A DNA stretch of 64,000 bases from Candidatus Omnitrophota bacterium (GTDB lineage: Bacteria > Omnitrophota > Gorgyraeia > JAFGHF01): assembly GCA_020341815.1 (NCBI GenBank), contig CP070837.1:892064-956063 (forward strand), read 5' to 3'. This document shows positions 47,073 to 56,447 of the stretch, piece by piece; the first letter of the stretch is position 1, and the number at the start of each line of letters is the position of its first letter. The position numbers and the translations under genes are program-made. The notes under the pieces were generated by a model that saw nothing but the letters and a program-made list of their open reading frames with translations, was not told the DNA's origin and did not search any database.

Positions 47073-48794
47073 TTAAGATAATTTCTCATCCGGCACAGTA
47101 ACCCTGAGCACCTCTTCTAAAGAGGTCTCACCCCTGATTACTTTGGCCAGGCCGTTTTCCCGCAATGTGGTCATTCCTTCCCGGCGAGCGGCGTTCTTTA
47201 TCTGTACCTCAGGCGCCTTTTGAGCAATCAAGTCCTTTATCTTAGGCGTTATTCTTAAGATTTCCATAATCGCTATGCGGCCTTTGTAGCCTGTGTTATT
47301 ACACTTAGGGCAACCCTTGGGGCGATAGAACGTCAATTCTTTATTATCCTTTAAATTCAACTTTTCTTTTAAGGCCGGCGAGACTTTATAGGCCTCTTTG
47401 CAGTCGGGACAGAGAAGCCTTACCAGCCTTTGCGCCCCAACCATAAGGACTGAGGCGGTAATCAAAAAAGGCTCTACCCCCATATTGGCCAGGCGCACCA
47501 AAGAACCGGCGGCATCGGTGGTGTGCAAGGTACTTAACACCAGGTGCCCCGTGAGCGCTGATTTGATGGCGATATCTACTGTATCGTAATCACGAATCTC
47601 TCCTATCATAATTACATCGGGATCCTGACGTAAGATTGAACGTAAAGCATTGGCAAAAGTCAACCCAATTTCCGGAAGAGCAGTTACCTGATTTATACCG
47701 TCCAGCTGATATTCGATGGGGTCTTCTACGGTTACCAAATTCTTTTCTATGGAATCCACGCGCTTAAGGATAGAATATAACGTGGTGGTTTTGCCGCATC
47801 CGGTCGGACCGCAAATCAATATCATTCCATGCGGACGAAGGGTACATTCTTTTAATACCTTAAGCGGCGTCTCTTCGAAGCCGAGTTTTTCCAGATCAAG
47901 GAGCAACGTGCTTTTATCCAGAATACGTAAGGCAAGCTTCTCTCCAAAGCTGGAGGGAAGCACCGAAACGCGAAAATCCACTTCTTGTTTTCTGGCTGAG
48001 CCGTATTTAAATCTTCCGTCTTGAGGCAACCTGTGTTCGGCCACATTAAGCCTGGACATTACCTTTATTCTGGTAACAATGGCCTCATGCATACTCTTTG
48101 GCGGAGCCTGGCCCATCTGGAGAACCCCATCCACGCGGTAACGCACCTGCATAATCTTCTCTAAGGGTTCAATGAGAATATCGCTCGCCCGGCGTTTAAT
48201 TCCTTCCTCTAAAATCATATTGGTTATCTTTACCAGAGGAGCCCCTTTAACCAGCTCCATAAGGCTTTCTGTATCCAATTCCTCTTCTTTCTTCTTGGAA
48301 GGCTCTGTTACTACTGCGGTCCTGCGCTCAATTGCATCTTTGATGATTTCCTGGGCATCTGCGGAATAATATCGGCGAATAGCCTCTTTGATATCTACCT
48401 CGGTACTAAGGACGGTTTTGACTTTATATTTGGTAAGGGCGCGAATATCGTCCAGGGCCACGATATTTAAAGGGTCACTTACAGCAACAGTTAGGTTATC
48501 CCCAATCCTGGAGACCGGAATCAACTGATAATGCTGGGCTACCTGCTGAGGGATAAGCTTTATTACTTCCGGCTTAATCTTTAATTTTTCCAGGTTTACG
48601 GGCGGAATGTGCAAACTTTTACTTAGCGCTATCATCAAATCCCTCTCATCCACCAGGTTTAGGGACACCAAAATACTGCTTAGCCTTCCCCCTTTTTGCT
48701 TTTGAATATCCAATGCCTTATCCAACTCATCAGGAGTAAGGAGCTTATTTTCCGTAAGAATATTAACCAACTGTTCTTTAAGTGACTTAGCCAT
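47073..48794 (-). CDS. Second PilB/GspE-family ATPase paralog (N-terminal MshEN domain)
   Basis: Same motif set (GPTGCGKTTT, CPKC). About 50% identity by eye to the adjacent PilB. Confidence 0.85.
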   Translation of the reverse strand: MAKSLKEQLVNILTENKLLTPDELDKALDIQKQKGGRLSSILVSLNLVDERDLMIALSKSLHIPPVNLEKLKIKPEVIKLIPQQVAQHYQLIPVSRIGDNLTVAVSDPLNIVALDDIRALTKYKVKTVLSTEVDIKEAIRRYYSADAQEIIKDAIERRTAVVTEPSKKKEEELDTESLMELVKGAPLVKITNMILEEGIKRRASDILIEPLEKIMQVRYRVDGVLQMGQAPPKSMHEAIVTRIKVMSRLNVAEHRLPQDGRFKYGSARKQEVDFRVSVLPSSFGEKLALRILDKSTLLLDLEKLGFEETPLKVLKECTLRPHGMILICGPTGCGKTTTLYSILKRVDSIEKNLVTVEDPIEYQLDGINQVTALPEIGLTFANALRSILRQDPDVIMIGEIRDYDTVDIAIKSALTGHLVLSTLHTTDAAGSLVRLANMGVEPFLITASVLMVGAQRLVRLLCPDCKEAYKVSPALKEKLNLKDNKELTFYRPKGCPKCNNTGYKGRIAIMEILRITPKIKDLIAQKAPEVQIKNAARREGMTTLRENGLAKVIRGETSLEEVLRVTVPDEKLS

Positions 48795-48798
48795 TTTA

Positions 48799-49263
48799 TT
48801 ATTTATCGGCCTTTCCCTGGGTATAAATACGTTCGATCGCTTCTTTTATTTCGGTAGAGGTACCCAGAAAGACCTCTATCTTGCATTTAGTCAATGCCTC
48901 GATTTCCTTAATTGCCTCTTCATCCAGAGGATTGGCCATAACCACGGTTAAGATATCGCTCATTTTATCCACAGCTAAAACGTGATATTTACTGGCTAAA
49001 CTCTCCGGAATTAATTTTGCTACTTCAAAATCGATTTCATAATTGGCCAAAGGCAAATAAGGTAAATCGTGCTGAAGAGCCAGAATTTGAACTATATCCT
49101 CCTCCGTAACAAAACCCAGTTTTACCAAGGCCTCTCCCATGAGAATCCCTTCTTTTTTCTGAAGCTGCAAGGCCTGCTCTAACTGTTCGGGGGTAATCTT
49201 ACCCCTTTGAATCAAGAGTTGGCCTATCTGTTCTTTTGGCGTATTTTTCTTAAATGGAGTCAT
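48799..49263 (-). CDS. Standalone MshEN / T2SSE_N-domain protein (putative c-di-GMP binding)
   Basis: LEQALQLQKKEG...GEALVKLGFVTEEDI motif organisation like the PilB/MshE N-domain, with no ATPase domain. Confidence 0.65.
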   Translation of the reverse strand: MTPFKKNTPKEQIGQLLIQRGKITPEQLEQALQLQKKEGILMGEALVKLGFVTEEDIVQILALQHDLPYLPLANYEIDFEVAKLIPESLASKYHVLAVDKMSDILTVVMANPLDEEAIKEIEALTKCKIEVFLGTSTEIKEAIERIYTQGKADK

Positions 49264-49267
49264 CTTA

Positions 49268-50332
49268 TTATGCCTTTTTAAATAGCCTCTGTAAGTCCTG
49301 AACTTCTGTGGTATAGCCTAAGGCTTCCTCTTCTGTAATAATACCTCTCTGGCAAAGCTCATAAAGCGCCTGATTCATTGTGCGCATACCTTCTTTCTGC
49401 CCTGTCTGTATTGCCGAATAGACCTGATGCGCCTTTCCTTCCCGAATTAAACTGCGCACAGCATGATTGGCAGACAATACTTCCGTAGCCAGGACTCTTC
49501 CGCCTTTCTTACTGGGAATCAACTGCTGCGATAAAACACCCAGGAGAACAAAAGATAACTGCGCGCGCACCTGCTGCTGCTGGTGAGCCGGAAAGACATC
49601 CACCACCCTGTTGATTGTCTGCACGCTGTCGGAGGTATGCAGGGTAGCAAAGACCAGATGCCCTGTCTCGGCAATATTTAAAGCGGCCTGAATAGTCTCC
49701 AAGTCTCTCATTTCCCCGATAAGAATTACATTGGGGTCCTCCCTCAATATGTGCCTGAGGGCCTGGGAAAAAGAACGGGTGTCAGCCCCCACCTCCCGCT
49801 GTTCTATAACAGCCTTGATATTTTTAAAAGTGTATTCGATGGGGTCCTCAACGGTAATAATATGACAATGCCTTTCCTGATTAATCATATTTATCATCGC
49901 CGCTAAGCTTGTAGACTTTCCGCTCCCCGTTGCCCCGGTAACTAAAACCAGACCCTTGGACCTGCGGCAGAAGTCCTTAACTGCCTTCAGCGGCAAACCG
50001 CATTCATCAGGCGTCATAATCTGATAAGGAATCCTTCTTATGGCGCAGCCCACAGCCCCTCTCTGCTGATAAACATTCAGACGAAAGCGGCTTAACCCTT
50101 CGATTCCGAAGGACATATCCAATTCTAAATTTTCCTCAAATTCTTTTATCGCCTCTTTGCTCAACAGGCCGTAAGTCAATTCTTTCGCCCTTTGAGCCGT
50201 AAGGACCTTTTCTTCGGCATTAACCAGCTTGCCGTCTATGCGTAATTGGGGCGGCGCCCCGGCAGTAATATGCAAATCGGACGCCTTTTTTTCGACCATT
50301 ACCTTTAATAGCTTCTCCATAGCTTCAATCAT
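49268..50332 (-). CDS. pilT: Twitching-motility retraction ATPase PilT
   Basis: GATGSGKSTSLAAMI Walker A, PilT-length (354 aa). Confidence 0.9.
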   Translation of the reverse strand: MIEAMEKLLKVMVEKKASDLHITAGAPPQLRIDGKLVNAEEKVLTAQRAKELTYGLLSKEAIKEFEENLELDMSFGIEGLSRFRLNVYQQRGAVGCAIRRIPYQIMTPDECGLPLKAVKDFCRRSKGLVLVTGATGSGKSTSLAAMINMINQERHCHIITVEDPIEYTFKNIKAVIEQREVGADTRSFSQALRHILREDPNVILIGEMRDLETIQAALNIAETGHLVFATLHTSDSVQTINRVVDVFPAHQQQQVRAQLSFVLLGVLSQQLIPSKKGGRVLATEVLSANHAVRSLIREGKAHQVYSAIQTGQKEGMRTMNQALYELCQRGIITEEEALGYTTEVQDLQRLFKKA

Positions 50333-50344
50333 ATTCTGGCTCCT

Positions 50345-51766
50345 TTAAGAAAGGACAATTTTATTTTGTCCTCCGTTCTTGGATTTTTCGGTATAATGCA
50401 ATGCCCTGTTGATCAATTCTACCGCCGTCCTTCCGTCCACAGGAACAGCGCTGATGCCTGCACTTAACGTAAGAGAAATGCCGCCTTTAAGGGCAGCCTG
50501 CGTTAGCTTGCGTCTTTTCATCTCGCTGCATACACCTTCGGCAACATTCAATGACTGCTCTTTATTTTTCTCCGGCAGAAGCACAGCAAACTGGTGGTCG
50601 GAAAATCTGGCTGCTTTATCGATGTCTCCAGTAGCATCTTTTAAAGTCTGGGCCATTTTCTTTAAAGTGACCTCGGCTGCTTGCGCCCCCGCAACATCGC
50701 GATAGCGTTCAAAGTTAGCCACCTCAAAAATAAGAAAAGAACACGGTCTCTGGTAGGAAATCGCCCTTCTGATCTCCTCTTCTAAGCGGGTGCGTATATA
50801 GTTTTCGTTATAGAGCCCGGTAAGCTCATCGCGCACGTTTAACTCTTCTGTCTTGCGCAAAAGGATATCGTTTTCTACGGCCACAGCTACCTGTTTGGCA
50901 AAGACCCCTATCAACTCTTTCTCATCTTTGGCAAAGACAAAGTTCTCCGTGTTATTGCCCACCCCTAAAAGGCCGATGATGGTGCCAAAAGAAGTAACTG
51001 GCACAAGCAGCATATTCTTTGTTTGTAAAAGTTTTCTCAAATCTCCATCTGCGGCCTTCAGTTTATTCTGCTTATCTATAACTAAAGGCGTGGGATGGGC
51101 AAACAGCTTACCCAGGGGCCCCTGGCCGACTTTAACCTTGATGCGTCCTATCTCGGTGGCCTCTATGTTTACCTTCGCGCGCATAAGCAATTCGCCTGAT
51201 TCCTCCTCCCGAAACACAATAAAGGCACCTCCGGACTCCAGTTGAGAAAGCTTCTCTACAATTAAGCCAAAGACCTCGTCTAATTTAGCGTTGGCGGTCA
51301 TAAGGTTACCGATCTGCAATAGCGCAGAAAGGGCAAAGACCTTTTTATTGATTTCCATATTTATCTGCTTAATCTTCTCTCCGTAGGAATGAAGCTCGGA
51401 CATATTTTCCTTAAGTCTTCTGGAGAGCCGGTTTAAGGAACCGCTCAGCTCACCCACTTCATCCTCTGCCTCTATAGTTGCCTCTTCAACCAGTCTTCCT
51501 TCGGCAATCCCCTTGGCATAGGCACTGATGCTGGCAACAGGATAAACAATCTTTCTGGTCAGGTAGTAGCCCATGAGCATAAGGAAAATAGTAATGATAA
51601 AAATTAAGGAAATATTCCACAGGCTATCTATCGTAGGGAAGATATAATAGATAATCAGATAGCCGCAAACCAGCATCGGGATAACAGACATAAGAGCAAA
51701 GGCCACAACCAGCTTATGTTTTATACCCCTGCGTGTTAAGGATAGGTTTTTAAGTAGGTCTCTCAT
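50345..51766 (-). CDS. Membrane HAMP-GAF protein with a degenerate GGDEF domain (GGDEF replaced by SDHQF; likely non-catalytic)
   Basis: TM helices, HAMP, GAF, then a GGDEF-fold (DELTGLYNENY...RFSDHQFAVLLPE). Confidence 0.75.
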   Translation of the reverse strand: MRDLLKNLSLTRRGIKHKLVVAFALMSVIPMLVCGYLIIYYIFPTIDSLWNISLIFIITIFLMLMGYYLTRKIVYPVASISAYAKGIAEGRLVEEATIEAEDEVGELSGSLNRLSRRLKENMSELHSYGEKIKQINMEINKKVFALSALLQIGNLMTANAKLDEVFGLIVEKLSQLESGGAFIVFREEESGELLMRAKVNIEATEIGRIKVKVGQGPLGKLFAHPTPLVIDKQNKLKAADGDLRKLLQTKNMLLVPVTSFGTIIGLLGVGNNTENFVFAKDEKELIGVFAKQVAVAVENDILLRKTEELNVRDELTGLYNENYIRTRLEEEIRRAISYQRPCSFLIFEVANFERYRDVAGAQAAEVTLKKMAQTLKDATGDIDKAARFSDHQFAVLLPEKNKEQSLNVAEGVCSEMKRRKLTQAALKGGISLTLSAGISAVPVDGRTAVELINRALHYTEKSKNGGQNKIVLS

Positions 51767-52043
51767 TTTCCCCCTCTACTTTCTTTTGTTTTTTCATTGC
51801 CTCCATGGCCCTCTTTTCCAGCTCTTTCTTGGAATGCAGGCCTGTGCCGTCAATGCCTAATTTCCGCATTACGTTGACTATTGCCGAAATTATCTTGCTT
51901 CTTGAGAGCTTAGTCCCTGCACTAAAGAGGGCATCCTTGCCAATCTTATCCAGGAAGTCCACCTCATCCCTGGTAAGAAAGGTAATCACACGATGGGCAT
52001 TATTGCCCTGATTATCTGATTGCGTATGCGGCCTTTTGCTCAC
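51750..52043 (-). CDS. Small ribbon-helix-helix-like protein, first gene downstream of GEMM riboswitch 2
   Basis: GTG start with RBS AGAAGGAG. RVITFLTRDEVDFLDKI beta-strand/helix pattern. The longer ORF-track version would run into the riboswitch terminator. Confidence 0.5.
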   Translation of the reverse strand: MSKRPHTQSDNQGNNAHRVITFLTRDEVDFLDKIGKDALFSAGTKLSRSKIISAIVNVMRKLGIDGTGLHSKKELEKRAMEAMKKQKKVEGENERPT

Positions 52044-52060
52044 CTGGTGCTCCTTCTGGC

Positions 52061-52100
52061 AATAAAAAAGCCTTTGGCGCCTGTTACAAGCCAAAGGCCA
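52061..52100 (-). terminator. Intrinsic terminator forming the expression platform of GEMM riboswitch 2
   Basis: GGCCUUUGGC-uuguaacaggc-GCCAAAGGC followed by UUUUUUAUU, about 20 nt after the aptamer. Confidence 0.55.
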
Positions 52101-52117
52101 TAAACTCTCTTTTTATT

Positions 52118-52200
52118 CGTCTGGCAACCCAGCCATCCCTAACTCTAAGGACCTGTTGGCTTTGCGCCCCCCGACTTTCGCCGGGGTTTGCCTTTTTCAA
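52118..52200 (-). ncRNA. c-di-GMP-I (GEMM) riboswitch aptamer, copy 2
   Basis: Minus-sense GGCAAACC-CCGGC-GAAA-GUCGGGG-GGCGCAAAGCC-...-GGGUUGCC. P1 closing GGCAA/UUGCC and P2 with GNRA loop match GEMM-I. Confidence 0.7.
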
Positions 52201-52228
52201 ACGTATTTTGTTACTTTGTACAACCAGA

Positions 52229-52277
52229 AGTATAGCACAAAAAGCAGCATTTGTCAACTTGACAAATGTGCTTTTTT
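52229..52277 (-). promoter_or_regulatory. Promoter (TTGACA, 17 nt spacer, TATACT) overlapped by a 10 bp perfect palindrome CATTTGTCAA-G-TTGACAAATG; also a rodA terminator-like hairpin
   Basis: The -35 hexamer lies inside the palindrome. A-run and T-run flanks give it terminator character for rodA. Confidence 0.5.
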
Positions 52278-53382
52278 ACCTCCTCATCCCCACGTTCAGG
52301 ACCAGGGCTACGGCAACCATGGTGCTGACCAAAGAGGACCCCCCATAGCTTATCAGGGGAAGCGGCAGCCCCACCACAGGCAGCAGGCCCATGGTCATAG
52401 CAATATTTATCACGACCTGGAAAGAAAGCAGGGCAATTATGCCGTAGACGAGCAGTCTTCCCGATGAGTTTAAGGTCTGCTGGATGCAGGAAAAAGCCCG
52501 CCAGATTAAGGCAAAATACAGGGCCAGGAGCAAGGTAGCCCCCAAAAAGCCCCATTCCTCACCCACTACCGAAAAGATAAAGTCTGTGTGGCGTTCAGGC
52601 AGGAAATTCAGCTGGTTTTGCGTGCCGGCTAACCAGCCCTTCCCAAGCAGGCCCCCCGAACCAATGGCAATTTTAGACTGAATTACGGTATATCCTGCGC
52701 CCAAAGGGTCCATATTGGGGTTAATAAATACCAGTATTCTCCTCTTTTGGTAGTCCTTGAGCAGCTGCCACAAGAAAGGTGTGGTTAGTCCGAAACCCAG
52801 AAAGATTAAGATTAAGGTCCGCAGACGCGCCCCCCACCCATAAAGCACGCCGAAAAGAATGGGAACCAAAATCAGGGCAGTGCCCAAATCCGGCTGCTTA
52901 ACAATTAAAAGAAAGGGCAGGCCGATTATTAAAAAAGAGGCTATCAGGTCCTTTGCAGAAACATTCTCTTTTTGCCCCAGATACCGCGCCAGGGTCAAAA
53001 TAATCACAAGTTTGCTGAATTCCGAAGGCTGAAAGGCTATGCCGCCAAAAGTAATCCACCTTTGAGCGCCTAACCTGGTAGCCCCTGAAACCAAGACAAA
53101 AAGTAAAAGAATAAAATTTATTGCGTATAAGGGATAGGCCAGCTCCAGCCATTTTTGATACTCTACCTTAAGGACAACTACTCCAATTAAAAGAGCCAGC
53201 ATAAACCAGACAATCTGCCTCAGAAGAAAACTCTGCGGTAAGCTTCCACTATACTTATAAGCATGATGGTAAGTTGCACTATAGAGAAAGGTAAGTCCTA
53301 TAGCAAAGATAATAAGCACTATAAAAAGCAATGCAAAATCGAAGTTTCTTAATCTATTGTAGCTGAGCATAAAAATCCACAA
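52276..53382 (-). CDS. rodA: Rod shape-determining protein RodA (SEDS family)
   Basis: FtsW/RodA fold, adjacent to mrdA. Confidence 0.9.
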   Translation of the reverse strand: MWIFMLSYNRLRNFDFALLFIVLIIFAIGLTFLYSATYHHAYKYSGSLPQSFLLRQIVWFMLALLIGVVVLKVEYQKWLELAYPLYAINFILLLFVLVSGATRLGAQRWITFGGIAFQPSEFSKLVIILTLARYLGQKENVSAKDLIASFLIIGLPFLLIVKQPDLGTALILVPILFGVLYGWGARLRTLILIFLGFGLTTPFLWQLLKDYQKRRILVFINPNMDPLGAGYTVIQSKIAIGSGGLLGKGWLAGTQNQLNFLPERHTDFIFSVVGEEWGFLGATLLLALYFALIWRAFSCIQQTLNSSGRLLVYGIIALLSFQVVINIAMTMGLLPVVGLPLPLISYGGSSLVSTMVAVALVLNVGMRR

Positions 53383-55084
53383 TCTGTTTGGCCATCACGG
53401 CCGGTACATCTCCCCCGCTTCCCCCGTATTCCAAAAATACCAGCACCGAAATACGCGGCTCGTCAAAGGGGTAAAAGGCTCCGAACCATCCGTGGGCAGG
53501 ACGAGACTCCAGGGCTTGGGCGGTTCCGGTTTTGGCTGCCCACTCGACTCCGGCAATCCTCGCCCTGTGGCCCGTTCCCCGTTCATCGCCAATAACCCGG
53601 CGCATACCTTCTTTAATTATCTCTAAGGTCTCTTCCTTTAAACCTATCTTTTTCCGCGAAACAGCAGCTTCTTCCTCCCCTATCCTTTTTACTATATGCG
53701 GCCGCACAAGGTAACCTCCGTTTGCTACCGCAGAAATCAATTGCGTAATCTGTAAAGGAGTAACCAAAAGATATCCCTGCCCGATAGAAAAATTGGCCGT
53801 CTCTCCATCATACCATTTTTCCTTCTTGACTTTATACTTCCAGCTCTTGGAAGGAACAAGCCCTGTTGACTCATATGGCAAATCTACGCCTGTAGCAGAG
53901 CCTAATCCGAATCTGCGGGCAAAAGAGGATATTTTATCCGGGCCAACGGCCAATCCTAATCTATAAAAGAAGACGTTGCAGGAATGGCAAAGCGCAGAGT
54001 GTATATCTTCATTTCCGTGGCCGTCAAGATTCCAGCAGAAAAATTCGCGCCTGCCCACTTTAAAGCAACCTGGACAGTTAAACTTTTCATCAATAGTAAT
54101 CTTGCCTGTTTCCAATGCTGCTGCGGCTACCACAATCTTAAAGATTGAACCGGGAGGGTAAGTCCCTGAGATAGCTCGATTAACTAAAGGCGCCTCTTTG
54201 GAAGTAAGCAGCTCACTTATCTGTCTGCCGGCCTTAAGGTTTCCATTAAGGGCTGTAATAAACATATTGGGATCGAAATCGGGCTTGCTCACCATGGATA
54301 AAATTTCGCCACGCTCTACATCCATCACGATACAGACGCCTTTTTTTTCCTCCAGGAGACCTTCAACATACCTCTGCAGGTCTGCGTCAATGGTCAAATA
54401 AAGCTTCTCACCCGAAAGAGGCTCCCGCAGGCCCAGAACCTTGACCAGATGACCCCGGCTATCTACTTCTACCTGCTTCCCGCCCCTTTCGCCTCTTAAA
54501 TAAGCATCGAAGGCCTCCTCCACACCACTTCTGCCCACCAAGTCCTCAATCCCTCCCAAACCATATGTCTTAACTCTTTTCAATTCCTCTTCTCTGAGTC
54601 TGCCTAAATATCCAAGAATATGAGAGAAGCTCCTCCGGCTCCGATAATCCCTGAGAGACTCGGTGCGAACAACCAGTCCCGGAATGTCCGATTCCCTGCA
54701 TTCCAAGACAACAGCCTTTTCTTTAGGAATATCGCAGGCAAGGACTACCGGAATAAAGGGGGCGGAAAAGTTTCTCTTAAATTGGCGTAAGAGTCTCTGT
54801 TCGGAGATGTTTAAGATAGGGCTTAAAGCTTTGATGCTCTTTTCGATATTTCTGGTTTCCTGGGGAAGCACAGCCGCATTGAAAATAAGCCTGCGCCCGG
54901 CCAGAATCTTTCCCTTGCGGTCATAAATCTCACCGCGCGCAGCACTCAGCTTAACGAGCTTAATTCTATTATTCTGGCTTAATCTAAAATAGTAAGATTC
55001 TTTGATGAGCTGGTTATAGGCGCAAGCCGCACACAAGAGAAGGAAAAAGATAAAAATTATTTTTTTTAATAACTGGGCGCGCAT
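53354..55084 (-). CDS. mrdA: Penicillin-binding protein 2
   Basis: Transpeptidase SxxK, SxN and KTG motifs. Signal anchor. Confidence 0.9.
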   Translation of the reverse strand: MRAQLLKKIIFIFFLLLCAACAYNQLIKESYYFRLSQNNRIKLVKLSAARGEIYDRKGKILAGRRLIFNAAVLPQETRNIEKSIKALSPILNISEQRLLRQFKRNFSAPFIPVVLACDIPKEKAVVLECRESDIPGLVVRTESLRDYRSRRSFSHILGYLGRLREEELKRVKTYGLGGIEDLVGRSGVEEAFDAYLRGERGGKQVEVDSRGHLVKVLGLREPLSGEKLYLTIDADLQRYVEGLLEEKKGVCIVMDVERGEILSMVSKPDFDPNMFITALNGNLKAGRQISELLTSKEAPLVNRAISGTYPPGSIFKIVVAAAALETGKITIDEKFNCPGCFKVGRREFFCWNLDGHGNEDIHSALCHSCNVFFYRLGLAVGPDKISSFARRFGLGSATGVDLPYESTGLVPSKSWKYKVKKEKWYDGETANFSIGQGYLLVTPLQITQLISAVANGGYLVRPHIVKRIGEEEAAVSRKKIGLKEETLEIIKEGMRRVIGDERGTGHRARIAGVEWAAKTGTAQALESRPAHGWFGAFYPFDEPRISVLVFLEYGGSGGDVPAVMAKQIVDFYAQLQ

Positions 55085-55090
55085 AATGGC

Positions 55091-55576
55091 TTATTGTATA
55101 TAAAAAACCGTTTTCAAAAAATAAAATAAAACAGGTGAAACGGCTGCAGTATAAAAAGAGGCGGGTAAAATGACGGATATCAAACTGTTAAATATAGATA
55201 GATTTGCGCCGGAGGCCTGCAAAAGAAAAAATAGAAAAAAATAAATTACAAAACTAAAAATAAAAGATATGCTCATCTGGCCTAAGGCCCGCAGGCCTAA
55301 AACCCATCTGCCAAGCTGACCTAAGATGAACCCCCCGAAAGAATAGAGAAATACTACCGCAGCCGTAGGCACCGCAGACGTTGCTTCGCTGAAAAGCCCG
55401 CAAAGGGCCCCTACCACCAGGCCATAAATCCGGCCGTAATAGAAACTGAAAAAAATTACCAAAAGAAGCAGGATGTCAGGTTTGATTCTGAAAATCCGGA
55501 TATAATTAAGCAATGTAGCCTGCAAAACTGCAAATAAAATAACCAAAGAGAGAATTAATAGCTTGTTTGGCTTCAC
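55091..55576 (-). CDS. mreD: Rod shape-determining protein MreD
   Basis: Polytopic small membrane protein downstream of mreC. GTG start. Confidence 0.7.
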   Translation of the reverse strand: MKPNKLLILSLVILFAVLQATLLNYIRIFRIKPDILLLLVIFFSFYYGRIYGLVVGALCGLFSEATSAVPTAAVVFLYSFGGFILGQLGRWVLGLRALGQMSISFIFSFVIYFFLFFLLQASGANLSIFNSLISVILPASFYTAAVSPVLFYFLKTVFYIQ

Positions 55577-55646
55577 CCCGCCCTTCCTTTTCTATTACCC
55601 TCGCCCATATCTCTTATGCAAAGCTTAGTGTCTGGAAGGGCGGGGT
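55575..55646. repeat. CCCCGCCCTTC...GAAGGGCGGGG hairpin element, copy C (between mreC stop and mreD start)
   Basis: See copy A. Spacer subfamily shared with copy D. Confidence 0.7.
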
Positions 55647-56447
55647 TCATTGGTTGGTGATAATCATGAGCTCTTCTAAACTTGAGAAGTCAACTGCCGG
55701 GGTAATCTCGGCTATTTTATAGAGCTCGTCTTTATCCTCTTCCACGGCAGAAACTTTTCCAATCGAAAGACCCTTGGGATAAATTTCGCCCAGGCCTGAT
55801 GAAATAATTTCATCGCCTATCTCTACTGTGCCTTGAAGGTATTTCATCTTGCAAATCGCGCGGCCACCTTCGACAGTTCCAAAGACTATACCTTCTTCGC
55901 GGCTGCGTAAAATTTTAGCAGGAATCTTGGAATTACAATCGACAATCAAGGCAACCTTGCTGACGAAAGGATGGGCCTCGATGACTCTACCTGCTAAATT
56001 TGCTCCCAAGACCGCAGGCATACCTCTTTTTATGCCGCTCGATGTTCCTTTATTAATTATGGCAACCTGGGTCCAGTTGGAAGAATCCTTACCGATTAAA
56101 AGAGCTGCCTCTGCATCGTAAAGCTCCTGTTGCGGCAGAGATAAAAGAGCCCTCAGGCGCTGATTTTCCAAGTGCGCCTCCTCTAATCGACGCAACTCTA
56201 CCTTCAACAAATCAAGTTCGACGTTAAGTCTTTTATTTTCTCCGGATAGATCCTGGAATTTCAGGAATTGTCTGGCGCTGGCAGATACGCCTTCGCAAAG
56301 CCTCAAAGGCGGTAAGATGAGAGACGCTACTGCAGGTTTTATATATTTAGAAAGGGAGATGTAGAGAGTTAAAGAAAGGAATATTCCTCCTGATAAAACA
56401 AGAGTTTGAATAGTGGGCTTTAAATTTTTGAACCACCCTAGCCTCAC
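55647..56447 (-). CDS. mreC: Rod shape-determining protein MreC
   Basis: Coiled-coil plus beta domain typical of MreC. Confidence 0.85.
   Translation of the reverse strand: MRLGWFKNLKPTIQTLVLSGGIFLSLTLYISLSKYIKPAVASLILPPLRLCEGVSASARQFLKFQDLSGENKRLNVELDLLKVELRRLEEAHLENQRLRALLSLPQQELYDAEAALLIGKDSSNWTQVAIINKGTSSGIKRGMPAVLGANLAGRVIEAHPFVSKVALIVDCNSKIPAKILRSREEGIVFGTVEGGRAICKMKYLQGTVEIGDEIISSGLGEIYPKGLSIGKVSAVEEDKDELYKIAEITPAVDFSSLEELMIITNQ

Noticed and set aside
51750-52094. The 114 aa ORF-track version of the small gene downstream of riboswitch 2
   Set aside because: Its first 17 codons or so overlap the riboswitch terminator hairpin and have no RBS. A GTG with an AGAAGGAG RBS at 52043 gives a 97 aa RHH-like protein.
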